In this document: one piece after another, positions 24,346 through 38,600 of the stretch
Position numbering within the stretch: position 1 is the stretch's first letter
Layout: each line of letters opens with the position of its first letter
Assembly: GCF_001194135.2 (NCBI RefSeq)
Contig: NC_068988.1
Coordinates: forward strand, 71,375,708 to 71,439,707
DNA: 64,000 bases
Source: Octopus bimaculoides
Taxonomy: Eukaryota
Direction: 5' to 3'
Made by a program: the position numbers and the translations under genes
Notes under the pieces: generated by a model
What the model saw: only the letters and a program-made list of their open reading frames with translations
What the model was told of the DNA's origin: nothing
Databases searched by the model: none

Positions 24346-26929
24346 ATGCCAAAACTTGAAATTAATATTTTTGCAATCGAGTAAATTCTTAAACTGAAAT
24401 AAGAACTTCGGCTAAGCAACTTGTGGGAAGTTCTTATTTCAGTTTAAGAATTAAGGTTAGTTCGATAAAACGCATAATCGTTTATAAGGATATTATACAA
24501 ATGTTGTTCCTTCTTTCGACTGTACTTAAATGTAGAGGAATAAGCAAGAACTTGTATTGTTTACAAAGCCATGACATATGTAATGGACATGAGAAAGCTT
24601 CAACTTGGAAAGAAACGTGATTAATACTTCAGTGAAGCGTCGTCGCCTACTCTAGAAGAGCAGAAAGAAAATTAAGTTGTACAAAACTGGGTATTTCACA
24701 AGTACATAAAATTTATTCTTAAAACGTCAGTTGTATGCAGTTATCTTGAGAGGAAAATGATTTAAAAATATAGATACTGCGCGTTATTTTTCTACTTCAT
24801 TGCTTTTGATACAAAAAAATATTTCATATGTAAAGAAATGCTTCGATAAGCATCAATTTCTAGAATGGTTTTGACACCTGATATTGAACTCTATCAAATT
24901 GTTTTGTAAAATGAAATTAACATTGCTCTTGGTTTCTAAAGATGGAATTTTGAGGACATCCGATGTGGAATATTATTACTGGAAAAATATTAAGATTGGT
25001 GACAGTTTGCAGATTTACAGGAAATTGATTTTTCTTCAAAATCTATATTTTATCATTTATATAAATTATGAGAGAATGATAGTCGTAAAAAGGTGAGCAA
25101 TTTCATAAAATTTTCAATTAATATTTGCATTCGAAATATTTCCATCACATATAGATCAAAATGCCTTAGCTGGGAGATAGATTTTAATTTTCTTCCATAA
25201 AATGACTCTCTCGACATTATTTAAAGATCTACAATGAATTTTAACTAAACATCTTTGATGGAACATACTTTTTTTTTCCATGGTTTCAGTCATTGTACTG
25301 CGGCAACATTGAGGTACCATCCTTAGGTAACTGTACTTACAGAGTTGAAACATTTTCATCTGTGGAACATTCACGCAATACCAATTAAGAGGTGTAAAGA
25401 AAAATACAGATATAATTATCCCGTGAAGATATAAACATATATATACGCATAGAATTTGTGCACTGTGCTATATACACATATAATTTATGCACTGTGCTAC
25501 AGGTTTGCATGAAAGATTAGACACGCAGTGGTTCTTCGAGGAAGAACAAAGCAAACTGATTTACATTCTGCAAATGCAATCGATCAGTAGGACAATGAAA
25601 CTTTGTAAAACATTCCACTTTTCCGCCATTGGAGGTTCTTGGGTTTAGCATGTACACAAAATCACATGTACATATGGAATCCACACACGGATACAGGCAC
25701 ACACAAACACTAATGTAGCACATTTGTGCACTAAAGTGGAATTCACTCCCACTGCATGAATACAAGTTTATCCACACACAAACACACAAACAAACGCATA
25801 TCCATACACTAACCAATTTATAGATTTTGAAACACCCAAAGCTGGTTTCAATACATCCCATTTTGTTTGTGACCAGCTTGAATACTGCAAGGCAGAAAAC
25901 ATATCTTTGAGAAAAAACATTCCTGTGTACATACATACACACACATGTATATATATATATATACACATAGATGACAAGCAAATTCGTATGTACACACATA
26001 CACATACGCAAGGCACTCTCTTTCTGTTTTTATCTGTTATAGAGGAAATCGGTTGTGGTCTTGCCTGGATACGGATAGGGTCCACTAGGTCTAAAACAGA
26101 TTAAGGTACGCAGTAGGTCATGTCCACTCTGCTACTACTCCAACAATGATTTGAGAGCGCAAGGTAAGATATAGTACATGTGATTTCTCGTTTAAGCATT
26201 AGATTGAACATAACTTATTGAATGACTAGCATGTCTAAAGTAAAAACCATGCTGTGAATCTACTTCCAAGAAGCTTCAAAATTGTTAAAAAAATATTAGT
26301 GAACAACAAGAGTGAAATATGCAACTAAAGTAGTTGTCTTCAGTCAATCCGTTTCGATTTCGTGCAACATTTACCTTCCGCTTTTGTTGTCGAATGATTA
26401 ATCAAACAATCGATTAGTCAATTGGATGACTAGTTAAACCAATTAACGAATAATATAGAAGTGGTATAGAGCCAGTGCATGTGTTTATAATTGGCATAAT
26501 GACCTCCCCAATATACAACAAAATCTGTTTCAACACTCGAGCTCACATGAAAAATCTTGCAAACTAGCTACAAAAACGAAATTATCCTACGCTATAATAC
26601 CATTTAAATTATGCCATTAAAAAATATATGCCCATTATACTGCATCATTCAAATTAGATCATTTAACTGAGGATTTGCGCCTAGATAAAGTAAATCAATA
26701 TATGTTTAGCTAAATTGGCCAACAGATTTCGAAAAGAAGCTCTGCACCATTTCTCTTTATTATGAAATCACCATAAATTGGGGAGTATTTCGTTGGCTCC
26801 CAGAATTTATTTAGTACTGTCCTTGTTTATGCCAAGAAAGCCAAATCACTGAACAACATATAGAAGAATAAGTCCATCTCCTTGCGAACAATAAAAAAAA
26901 ATACTCCTCAGTTCATTGATATTTAGCAT

Positions 26930-27320
26930 AGTCACCTATGAAGCTGAATGCTGGATCATAAAGAAAATTGATTAAAGAAAAATTGAAGCATTTGAACAAT
27001 GGTATTTTAGACACAGAATAAGCTGGTCAGACATAGAATAAGGTTATTCTCAGAATAAGCTGGAATAATGAATGGGTCCTTCGCAACATAAAGTGTCAGA
27101 AAAGACTTAAATGCCCTCATGAAAAGAAACTGGACCTTCACCAGCCATATACTTAGAAGATATTACCTTGACAAGTTCTTGCTAACAGGTGTGGCATATG
27201 ACAAAAGAACAAGAAGAAGACTTAAAAGCAAATTGAGGAATAACATCAAAGTAACTAGAGGTGGAAGTTTTATAGAACTGTGTAGACTGGCACAGAACAG
27301 ACAGAGTGGAGTGGAGGGAC
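26930..27320 (+). mobile_element. 3' fragment of an RTE-type LINE
   Basis: KIEAFEQW, RISW.D, NEWVL, MKRNWTFTSHILRR and ELCRLAQNR. Same architecture as the C-terminus of the RTE at 8737-9294. Confidence 0.75.
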
Positions 27321-27739
27321 GGGGTGGATCAATTATTTTAGTACTCCGTCTAGAGAAAGACTGTTCTCGTTTATTTCGTTTGCTTCGGTTAGAGTAGCGT
27401 CCTTTCCAGGTGAGACTTGTAGCTAGCCTATCGATCGCAATGAAGCAGGTTGTCACTGACACATTAAACTCAGATGTCCGTAAAGATGTCCACAAGCATA
27501 ATCTAGAAAATGTGACTTGTCAAACGGGTCTTAACTACAGAGATTTATCCCAGACGAATTAACAAACCTAGTTTGAGGAAACGGAGTGTAAAAATCGATC
27601 AAAGCATCTCAATGCCACGGAAATGAAGATTTACTGCAATGACATTGATAGTAAGGTTACAATCAGTTTAGTTTTAGTGTGGTTTTGATCAGCACACAAA
27701 TACTATCTTCAAATTTTCACAACAAATACATCAAGCGTG

Positions 27740-27740
<1 letters not shown>

Positions 27741-27817
<77 letters not shown>
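27741..27817. repeat. (TTA)n microsatellite
   Basis: Direct reading of the sequence. Confidence 0.97.
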
Positions 27818-28251
27818 CTATATATTAATACGCTAAAGCCGAAATGTGTTACGCTTTCACGTGTTTAGTTGACAGGAAAGGCGAAGAGCGAGAGAAAAAG
27901 AGAGAAAAAGAACAAGGAGAAAAGAGGGAAAGTCGAAGAGTGAGAGAGAAAGAGGGAAAACAAAAAAGTGGAAAAGCGAAGCATCCATAACTTAAGGTAG
28001 AGGAAACAGTATTTATTTCGTGGTTAAAAAGTTAAATGAAGGGAGTGAAAGAGAATTAGAAATATATGTTTAGCAGAGGGTAGATGTTCTGGTGGTGAGA
28101 TTAAAGAAAGGCAGAGAGAGGGAGAGGGATATAGAGACAGAGACAGACAGACAGAAACGGAGAGCGAGAGACAGACAGAGAGAGAGGGAGAGGGAAAGAG
28201 ATGATGGTGATGGCGGAGGTGGTGGTGGTGAGTGGATCTATTATCTTTCGT

Positions 28252-28635
28252 CTTTTAATCGTTTCAGCCATTTCACTGCGGCCGTGCTGGGGCACCGTGT
28301 TGAACAGTTTTAGTCAAACAATCGACTCCAGGACTTACATTTTTGTAATCCTAGTACTTATTCTATCGCTCAGTTTTGTTGAACCGCTAGGTTACAAGGG
28401 CGTAAGCACACCAACACCGCTTGTCAAACGGTGGTGGAAGACAAACACAGACACAAAGACATACGCAGACGTACACACGCACGCACACACACATGCACAC
28501 ACACACACACTCCCAGCTTCTTTCAGTTTCCGTTTACCAAATCCACTCACAAGGCTTTGGTCAGCTCGAGGATATAGCAAGGACTGAACCCGGTTGGGAA
28601 GCAAGCCTCTAACCACACAGTCACACTTGCACCTA
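28252..28635 (-). mobile_element. SINE family B (internal CA microsatellite, internal deletion in head)
   Basis: Reverse complement of the copy at 51581-51975. Confidence 0.9.
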
Positions 28636-29795
28636 TATGAAGAGCGTAATTTGTTTTTATTGAACTATGCTTTTATTTTATATATCGCCAGTCACTTAAC
28701 GCATGCGCTTAAGTGCAATTATTGACCATCTGCTCTCTTGAAAATTGATAGTTGTTTATAGAATATGGATGACAGACGATGTAAGCTAACACGAGAAAGA
28801 ATGAGATCGTATAGGCAATGGATTAGAGAGAAGCAGAAGGTCAAAAGACTAGAACAATCACGAGAGCATAAGTGTGTAGAAGGGACAATATGAACCAAAG
28901 ATTATAGAGTATTCACAACAGATAAGGAAACGAATTCAAGCTTGAATATAAAAATGAGAATCAGAGTGAAAGTTAAAAGAGCTGTAAACATGTGGTTGTA
29001 AGTTGCAACATTGGTGACGTAAATGTTTTGTATAATATTGTGAAGCTCTTAAGTTTATATATGAACCACTGAACTGCTGAGAGAATGAGAAAGTCATGTT
29101 CCTTCAATTACAGCCTTTTCCAGAAGAGCTGATAGGTATTTTAAATGAAAATAATGCCGAATATATAATTTATAAAGGAACACTAATTTTTATGGCTCCA
29201 TATAAATTTAAAATTACTTAAAAAATTTAATATTTACCGTAGAATTTCAATGAATACTGCTAGTTTTTTATTAAAATACCAAGATGTTTCTATTGTAAAT
29301 TTACACTCATATTTCTAGGACTAAAAGTTGAATATTACGACGCAGGGCAGTAACGTACAGAACATATATTAGAGTATATGCATATAAAAGAATTTTCATT
29401 TTTTTCAACGTTCATTACTTAGATAGTTTAATAGATATGCTAAATAAGCTCCCAAAAGATTTTAAGGCGTTGAAGATATAAAGCCATTATCAGTATTGGC
29501 AAGAAGGAAGGACCGTTGGCTGTTTCTGTTATGTACCTATTGCTCATTAATATTCAACTATAGCAAAAGTCATCGTAAGTGAACACTGACAGAACATTTG
29601 GCGTCAGTCCCATTATCGCCATGACTGATGAAGTTATTTTATAGGTAGATTATGACTGACATGTCCGGGAGAACATATTAAACACATCAAGTTTACTTTT
29701 TATTCCTTCATCTTGTTAGGTTCATAAAATTGTGCGTAAAACTTGACGGTTGATTTAAACAAAATCCTTTATAAAACATATATATATAGTTAAAT

Positions 29796-29983
29796 AAGGC
29801 GGCGAGATGGCAGAAATGTTAGTACGTCTTATTTTGTCGGTCTTTACGTTCTGAGTTCAAATTCCGCCGAAGTCGACTTTGCCTTTCATCCTTTCGGGTT
29901 CGATAAATTAAGTAACTGTTACGTACTGGGTTTGATGTAATCGACTGGCCCCAAATGTCGGGCCTTGTGCTTAGAGTAGAAAA
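29796..29983 (+). mobile_element. SINE family A, near full length
   Basis: aaggcggcgagatggcagaaatgttag (A-box-like)...gagttcaaattcc (B box)...ctttcatcctttcggg...gatgtaatcgact...gccttgtgc...agtagaaa. Confidence 0.9.
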
Positions 29984-30051
29984 ATATATATAGTGAAATC
30001 CCCATAGAATAACATCCGCTGTATATTTATATACACAAATCTAATACACAT

Positions 30052-30284
30052 ATTCTTTTATTTGTTTCAGTCATTTGACTGTAGCCATGCTGGAGCTTCG
30101 CTTTAGTCGAACAAATCACCCCCAAAACTTATTCTTTGTAAGCTTAGTACTTATTTTATCGGTGTTTTTTGCCGAACCTCTAATTTACGGGGTTATAAAC
30201 ACCCCAACATCAGTTGTCAAACGATGGGGAGGGGGAACAAACACACACACTCACACACACACACACACGCACACACACACACAC

Positions 30285-30327
<43 letters not shown>

Positions 30328-30405
30328 TATGCATATGTGACAGGCTTCTTTCGGTTTTCGTCTACCAAATTTACTCACAAAGCTTTGGTCGGCTATGGCT
30401 AGTAG
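30052..30405 (-). mobile_element. SINE family B, 5'-truncated, with expanded (CA)n
   Basis: Matches 28252-28635 and the reverse complement of 51581-51975. Confidence 0.88.
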
Positions 30406-30917
30406 TTAATACCAAATTTTTTTTAAATGGCAATTCAGATAATTTGATTGATTATGATTTGTTGATATATAAAGCCTAAAGCATAACTTTAGATAATCAT
30501 ATGAAAATGATGCATTCATCAATTATTGAAATACAATCATATTCACGTTCGAACAGGCCGAAAGTATATTAATGAATATATTCGTTATTGTTTTATTTGT
30601 TACTCTAGTGCGTGCGCATGGAAATTCAATCTATGAAAATGATAACTCTGTATGAAATGCAAATAAATAAATAAATAAGAAATAAGAAAATGGTGGCTAG
30701 TGTAACAGAATTAATAGATCTAAGAACAGACAGTAAAGAAATAATACTTTGTACATTCGTTTAATTTCTCGTCGATCAGACTATCGCAGTGGAAGCGTTC
30801 CGAGTTCATAGCTCAGAGATCTGTGGATCGCAACTACATTCTGTGAAGAATTGGATAATAATTTTGATATCTATGGTTACATGCATAAAAACATATGGTT
30901 AAATACAAGTATAATAT

Positions 30918-31105
30918 CCTTTCTACTATAGGCATAAAGCCTGAAATTTATGGGGATCGTATTGACTCCAGCTGTACTTAATTTATCGACCCCGAAAGGA
31001 TGAAAGGCAAAATTGACTCCGGCGGAATTTGAATTCAGAACGTAAAGGCAGGTGAAATACCGCTAAGCATCTTGCCCTGCGTGCTAACGTTTCTGTCAGC
31101 TTACC
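30918..31105 (-). mobile_element. SINE family A
   Basis: Reverse complement of 29796-29983. Confidence 0.9.
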
Positions 31106-32374
31106 AAATTAGATACAAATTATATAATGTAGGAATATTTTTGAACAGGGTCAAAGGGTGACGGAAACCCAAGTAGCGTAGTGGGCAGTGACGACAACAA
31201 TAAGACTTTTCTCATTGAATATAATATAGTACCAATAGAGTTAAGTATATCAGTATATATTAATGCTAATAACCTTTCGGCTTTTAACATTAACATATAC
31301 TGTTATTGATTTCTGGCATTCATTAGACAAATGTCAGTTGTGTTTGGCGAAAAGAAAATATGATAAAGATCGCATCTTCCCACTTTTACTTTCGTCGTAG
31401 TTCCCACGCGAGGTTTGTAGAGATGAATGTTTCATGCAGAATTTCAATTTCCTACATATGTAACTTTCTGCCTTGAGGTATTAATGTCTAGCTTAATTCT
31501 TCGCACTCAACCGAGAAATACGATTACTAACTGCAGTTAAAAAAATAATTTGAAGAGAATTAATGGAAATTTTTTCAGGGAATGATGCGTGAGTGAATCA
31601 TATATCTAGTCTCTGGGGACTCGACGGTGCTACTAAACATTAATCCATTGTGCATTTAATCAACATGTAGAGTTAGGATGATTAAATTTTACACTGTGTC
31701 TTAGTTTTATGTATTTTGATATGCAAGTCTAAATGAGATTTGTTGAGAAAGGGAAGTGGAAAATAAATGTGATCGATAGTTAATGTAAAAATTGTTTTGT
31801 AATGCACTATCTCTATGGTACATGTCATAATTACTATAACTTGTAGACAAATAAGAAATATATGAATTCATATCCACAGATGTCATGCAACCTAATTTAT
31901 CAATCTGCAAATAACCGCCATTATTTTGTACAGTATATGGATAGTTGTTCACAGGCCCATAAATTTATGTGACTATCAAATTCGAATGTCAAACAACAAT
32001 GCTTTATTAAACGATCGAATGACAAGAGATAATTAGGTTGACGCAAAACGCTGCATAAATATTTTTACGATTTTATGTTTTATTGTTTGTGCCGCTCCTG
32101 TTTTCAAGCATAAAGTGATTAATTTTAAAATTGTCTCACCGATTAAATTATAGTGAAACAAATTATATACAACAGAATTGAATTGCATGAAATGTTAATG
32201 CATCATCCAATAATAACTGTACTTTATAGCTGAGGAGTAATGACAAAACAGTGAAACGCTCATATGTCACCGCATATGACATAATATTACGAATACTGTC
32301 CATCGTCATTTACCGTAAGAAGTGATATGTGTTTTGAAGGAAAGCAAAACTGGGACTTTATCTTCTATCTTTTT

Positions 32375-32740
32375 TTTTTACTTGTTTCAGGGATTAGACG
32401 GCAGTCATTCTGGGGCTTCACCTTGAAGAGTTTTTAGTCGAATGAGTTTACCCTAGTACTTATCACTTTTTAAAGCCTGGTACATACTCTATCGTTCTCT
32501 TATGTCGATCTGCAATGTTGCGGGGACGTAAGCACACCGGCACCGGTCATCAAGCGGTGGTGGGGGACAAACATAGACAAAAATACACACACACATATAT
32601 ACAAGCTTCTTTCGGTTTACGGCTACCAAATTCCTTCACAAGATTCTGGCCGGCCCGAAATTATTATAGAAGACACTTACCAATGTTGCCACACAGTGGA
32701 ACTCAACCAGAAACGATGTGATAGAGAAGTAGGCTCCAGC
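32375..32740 (-). mobile_element. SINE family B (diverged)
   Basis: Same modules as the other family B copies. Confidence 0.85.
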
Positions 32741-32865
32741 TTATGTAAATTGAACAGGTTTCTATTATGAATCTATATGATGTCGCAGATCAACTATACA
32801 GGAGCCCATTTCTTGATTTACATACTTTGCAACAGAAAGAAAATATAATGATGATATAGTTTTCT

Positions 32866-33030
32866 GCTATAAGAACAAAGCTTGCAGTCTGGAGGGAGTG
32901 GATAAACTGATTACATCGATCTTAGTGCTCAACTAGTAGTAATTTTATCGATCCTGAAAGGATGAAAACCAAAGTCGACCTTGGCGGAATGTGTATTCTG
33001 GACTTAATGAATCGGAAGAAATGCCACTAC
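32866..33030 (-). mobile_element. SINE family A (diverged)
   Basis: gattacatcgatcttagtgctcaactag...atcgatcctgaaaggatgaaaaccaaagtcgaccttggcggaat. Confidence 0.82.
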
Positions 33031-33042
33031 GCTCACCACATG

Positions 33043-33087
33043 AAATAATAATAATAATAATGATGATAATAATAATAATAATAATAA

Positions 33088-33118
<31 letters not shown>

Positions 33119-33158
33119 AAGAAGAAGAAGAAAAAGAAAAATGATAATAATAATAATA

Positions 33159-33200
<42 letters not shown>

Positions 33201-33204
33201 GTCG

Positions 33205-33260
<56 letters not shown>

Positions 33261-33281
33261 GGTGCTGTTGTTGTTGTTGGA
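33043..33281. repeat. Compound trinucleotide microsatellite (AAT)n(GAA)n(AAT)n(TAT)n(GTT)n
   Basis: Direct reading of the sequence. Confidence 0.97.
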
Positions 33282-33319
33282 ATAGAACCTGGCAATAGCT
33301 GCAGAAAGGAGACATAAAA

Positions 33320-34087
33320 GGGCCCACTGAGGCATTAGTGTACAGCGCTCAAGGACATGTTCTCAGAACAAACTACTCCAAGTATCACATTGATAAAAGC
33401 ACTGACTCGCCACAGTGTAGGATACGCTCTGAGAAGGGAGAAAGTATAAGCCATATTGTTAGTGAGTACTGTAAGCTCGCACAACGCGAATATAAGCGGA
33501 GACACGGCAATGTGGCTAGACATGTTCACTAGCTGTAGTGCGGTAAAGCAAATCTCGAGAAAGCCGAACAATGGTATGAACACAAGCCAGAGTGAGTAAT
33601 TGAAAACAAACATTACAAAATACTCCGAGATTTCAACATACAGTTAGACAAAGTCTTAGAGGCGAGACGGCTAGATATCATGATCATCCATAAAATATGA
33701 AAAAGAAGCAAAGATAACAGATGTTGCAATACCAGGCGATTCGAGGGTGAAATGAGTGAGAAATAGAAATGAGTGAGAAATACCAGTCACTGCAGGACGA
33801 AAGAGGAAAGTTATGGTGCATGAGGAAAGTAATGGTGATACCGGAGGTAATTCGAGAATTAGGAGCACTTTCCAAGAGCTTTGAAAAACATATTAAGAAT
33901 ATTGGAGCTACTGTCAGGCTCGCAATGATCCAGAAAACAGCAGTGTTGGGTACAGCTAGCATTCTAAGGAAAGTATTGTCTCTTTGAGTCACAGGAGAAT
34001 GTACTACTTGAAACCTTTGGTGATTTGTTGTTGCCTGCTTTCAAGTAAAGAACAACCGGCAATTAAGAACTATCCGAGAGTCTTTCA

Positions 34088-34090
<3 letters not shown>
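33320..34090 (+). mobile_element. 5'-truncated R4/Dong-clade (RLE) non-LTR element, 3' end
   Basis: AQGHVLRTNYSKYHIDKSTDSPQCRI.SEKGESISHIVSE.CKLAQREYKRRH.NVAR (CCHC region), RR.DI, DVAIPGD, QKTAVLGTASILRKVL. Ends in (TAA)n. Confidence 0.88.

Positions 34091-34165
<75 letters not shown>
34088..34165. repeat. (AAT)n microsatellite / element tail
   Basis: Direct reading of the sequence. Confidence 0.95.
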
Positions 34166-34167
<2 letters not shown>

Positions 34168-34981
34168 TGCTGCACAAGACAAAAGCCTCCCCACCAGAAA
34201 TTACCAAAAACACATAATGAAAAGAAATATAACAAGTAACTGTAGAATATGNNNNNNNNNNNNNNNNNNNNNNNNNNNNNNNNNNNNNNNNNNNNNNNNN
34301 NNNNNNNNNNNNNNNNNNNNNNNNNNNNNNNNNNNNNNNNNNNNNNNNNNNNNNNNNNNNNNNNNNNNNNNNNNNNNNNNNNNNNNNNNNNNNNNNNNNN
34401 NNNNNNNNNNNNNNNNNNNNNNNNNNNNNNNNNNNNNNNNNNNNNNNNNNNNNNNNNNNNNNNNNNNNNNNNNNNNNNNNNNNNNNNNNNNNNNNNNNNN
34501 NNNNNNNNNNNNNNNNNNNNNNNNNNNNNNNNNNNNNNNNNNNNNNNNNNNNNNNNNNNNNNNNNNNNNNNNNNNNNNNNNNNNNNNNNNNNNNNNNNNN
34601 NNNNNNNNNNNNNNNNNNNNNNNNNNNNNNNNNNNNNNNNNNNNNNNNNNNNNNNNNNNNNNNNNNNNNNNNNNNNNNNNNNNNNNNNNNNNNNNNNNNN
34701 NNNNNNNNNNNNNNNNNNNNNNNNNNNNNNNNNNNNNNNNNNNNNNNNNNNNNNNNNNNNNNNNNNNNNNNNNNNNNNNNNNNNNNNNNNNNNNNNNNNN
34801 NNNNNNNNNNNNNNNNNNNNNNNNNNNNNNNNNNNNNNNNNNNNNNNNNNNNNNNNNNNNNNNNNNNNNNNNNNNNNNNNNNNNNNNNNNNNNNNNNNNN
34901 NNNNNNNNNNNNNNNNNNNNNNNNNNNNNNNNNNNNNNNNNNNNNNNNNNNNNNNNNNNNNNNNNNNNNNNNNNNNNNNNN

Positions 34982-35143
<162 letters not shown>

Positions 35144-35149
35144 CAGAAG

Positions 35150-35330
35150 AAGAATGTTTTCTTTATTAATCACTAAGGGTACACAAAAAATATTGGAGAT
35201 AGACCATGAAATCTAGGGCATGTGTCTTCCCTCTATCGTCTCTAGCCGCATCTTTAGAGTACGCCCGTTCACTCAGATCTTTCTTGCCACATTTACACTC
35301 CTGTTAAAAAAAAATTACTGGGAGGCAGCA
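35150..35330 (-). mobile_element. Probable 3' UTR end of an L1/Tx1-type element
   Basis: Minus strand ends ...gtgtacccttagtgattAATAAAgaaa and runs into a (TCC)/(TCA)n tract. It shares the tttatt..cac.aaggg end with the insert terminus at 48896. Confidence 0.4.
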
Positions 35331-35699
35331 GTTCCCTCTCTACTTTCACTTTCCTTTTCGACTTTATAAGGTGTTGGCCAAAGAGGAAGTATCTGTCGTC
35401 AGTCCATTCAATATAGTCCACTACACAACCTCTTTTACTAAGGCTACTAGAAATACTGCCTGTCCTTCGTAGCCATAGAAAGGCGGTGGGATGATTTTCA
35501 CAATGGTTTCAGCCGATAGCTGACTCCGTCCTACACGAGACAGCTGATGGTCGATATAAACCCACAAGTCAGCAACACTTGGGTACTGTATGAGAGAGTT
35601 GCAAAACCGTTTCGTCGCTCCATGCGCATCTCGAGCAAGCCTGGTTAACGGCACTTCTGAGTAAGTAATACCAGTTAAAATTTATTTCTATTTTCCACA

Positions 35700-38600
35700 T
35701 TAAATTATGTATCACGATGTTTACAATCCCCAATATTCTCAAGACACGTGTAAGCATGATCGCCAGGTCACATCAACAACAGACGGTTCCTATCAGCAGC
35801 ACTCTGAATAAAAATTTACATCATACCCGTATTATTCAGTCACAAAGTAACAAACGGGAAATGTATACTTTAAACTATTTACACAGAACGTACAAAATGT
35901 CACGCGTGCAAAACTCCTTAAAACCAGAAATGAACGGACTGGTACCCTACGAAGATGATGATAATCTAAGTAAAGACCGGGGCGTGACTTCTGACGTTTC
36001 ACAAATAAAGTAAAAAAGAAATTAGTGGATGCGAGAGGGATATGTTTCTATACTACGCATTTATTTTACGGCAATACCCTGCCTACATAATCTGGAAGAG
36101 AAATAACCAGATTGGGATACATCGATGAATCCCAATAAGCTATCTAAAATAAGGAGATACACCCTCAAAACAAAAATAGACATCAGAAATTGAAATAGAG
36201 CATTGAAAAAAAAAAAAGAAATACCTCACGAAATCTCAAATAGTGCTCATAGAATACCACATAATAATATAAATAATAGTGTTGGCACAAGACCAACAAT
36301 TTTAGGGTAGGGTGTAAGATGATTACATCGACCCCAGTGTTCAACTGGTACTTATTCTATCGACCCCGAAAGGTTGAAAGACAATGTCAATCTCGGCGAA
36401 ATTTGAACTCAAAACTTGAAGTTAAATAAATAACAAAACACAATAAAAACAAACGCCAGGTCTACTCAACAAAGACCAAAATTCACCAAATGAGAGCAAC
36501 TAAACAAAAAAAGAAGCAGGAGGGAATGTGAAGAAAACCTAAAAACTAGAAGAAATACATTTGGAAGCTATGTTTATGATACTTTATAATTGAAAATAAT
36601 CGAAATTCTAAAGGCCGTAGAATAACTTGGTATGGACCATAGAATATAGCTTCCCCAAACATTAGACTTAATATAAGACAACAACAACAATAAAAAAACA
36701 TAAATTTGGTTATTTCATATATAATGGCAACAGAAGGAAGCATCAACATGACCAGGTTAAATAATATACATATATGGCAGCTTCTGTGGCCATAAAGTCA
36801 AGTGGATTTTCTCTGAAATCCACCTAAATGGGAGTATCAAAACAAAAAATATTGGGTATGCTACAATGTGAGGTTACGTAAAATTAAGCGTGTAAACAAT
36901 GAAAACTGTGAAATAAATCTTTTAAAATGAAGATTTCCCCAAAAGTGGGAGACTTCCCAGGACTGCTAACGGGAACCGAACAATACTACAGAGGCCCTGA
37001 AAACTAATATTCAGAAAAAATAGAAACTAAAGAGATCTATCAATCGTTGAGGAAATTAGTAACCAAATAATACCACTTAACAACAAGAAAGACAGACAAA
37101 ATACTACAGAAAAATAAAATAACAAAAGGAGATGGTCCTCAAACAAGAGAAAATCTAACGCCAGATATCCTTACCAAAGCAAAAGATACCGTCGTTATGA
37201 AAAACGTCAACGATCCTTTGAACAGAAGAAGCAGTTTAACTGCAGTCTAAAAAGATTCTGCCAAAAAATTGGTAAAAATAAAGTAGAACTCAATGCAACT
37301 CTAGCAGCAGAATGAGTAGGATGAGAGTATTTCAGGGTGACGAAGGAATTACTGTAGAAAGGATTAATTAAAACAACAAGTACGGCACCTTAACAACTCT
37401 GGACACCCATAGCAACGAAAGAGATAACCCAGGTTGTACCAAACTGAAATAAGTGGAAGGCGTCAGTACACAATAAGATTCCCATTTCTGGCTAAAATAT
37501 TTAACAAATACATTCAAGGGGTAGCAGAGATGTTCAATGAGATGCTGCCATATCCAAATACAACACTGAATGGCTCACGGAAGGAAAACCATCCTAATTT
37601 CCAAACCTGCCGAAACTACAAGCACGCAAAACTACATGTCTCTTTGCAGCATAAAAGGCCTTAACTGGAATAATATCGCACAGAGTGGGCAGGCATGTTT
37701 TTGGAGGAACAGAATAGATGGTGCAAAGACTCACATGGCAATAAGGATCAGTTGTTGATCAACAAAGTCACAACTGAAGACTACTGAAAGAAAAAGCATG
37801 GCTTGGATGGATTACAGGAAGGTTTTGACAGCATTCCCAACACCTGGATCCCAAAATGTGGAACCTTGAAGCACTAGTCATGAGCAAAGTGATTCAGTGA
37901 TAAAATTTATAAAACATGTCATGAATAAATGGCAAACATTTCTGAAGTTACAGACAGAAGAGAGAATTATAAAAACTAAGGCCATTCGCATTACAAGTGG
38001 AATATTCCAAGGAGATTTGCTTTCTCCATTTTGTTTCTGTGTGGCATTAGCGCCTTTAATTGTCATGCTACACAATAATTGACGTAGATACAACTGCTAT
38101 GGGAAACCATCAATCATCTCCTGTATATGGACGTTTTCTACAGAGAGCGCACGGGTTTACCAAAGAAATAAATATGAAATTCTCCCTAGAAAGTGTGCTA
38201 AATAAACCTTGAAAAGAGTAAAATTAAATAATAATAACAATATCACATTAGATAAAGAAAATGATACAAAACAACTAGCCAAAATTCAAACATACAAATA
38301 CTTAGAAATTAGTGAGCTACATACCGTGCAGTACACACAAATGAAAGAAAAGATAAGGAAGGACTATTATAAGCGAATTATATTAATACTTAAAACAGAG
38401 CCCAATGTTAAAATTAAGATAATAGACATCAATACTCTAGCTGTTACAATATTCTTAACTGAATGAACTAGCCAGATCAGACAGGAAAACGAGAAAACTA
38501 ATGCTAGAATTTAGAATATACCAACCAAAATCTGACATAGAGAGATTATATATACAATGAATTGAAGTTAGTAGAGGCTTTATACAATTACAAAACTACT

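Noticed and set aside
25341-25359. Possible minus-strand 19-nt microexon (cacag|ATGAAAATGTTTCAACTCT|gtaagt) in the GPCR intron
   Set aside because: The length would break the phase-0 join and the polypyrimidine tract is weak.
35595-35645. Minus-strand ...gcgacGAAAcgg with a short stem, as a fifth hammerhead
   Set aside because: The CUGANGA box is unrecognisable (tcgagat) and stems I and III do not form cleanly.
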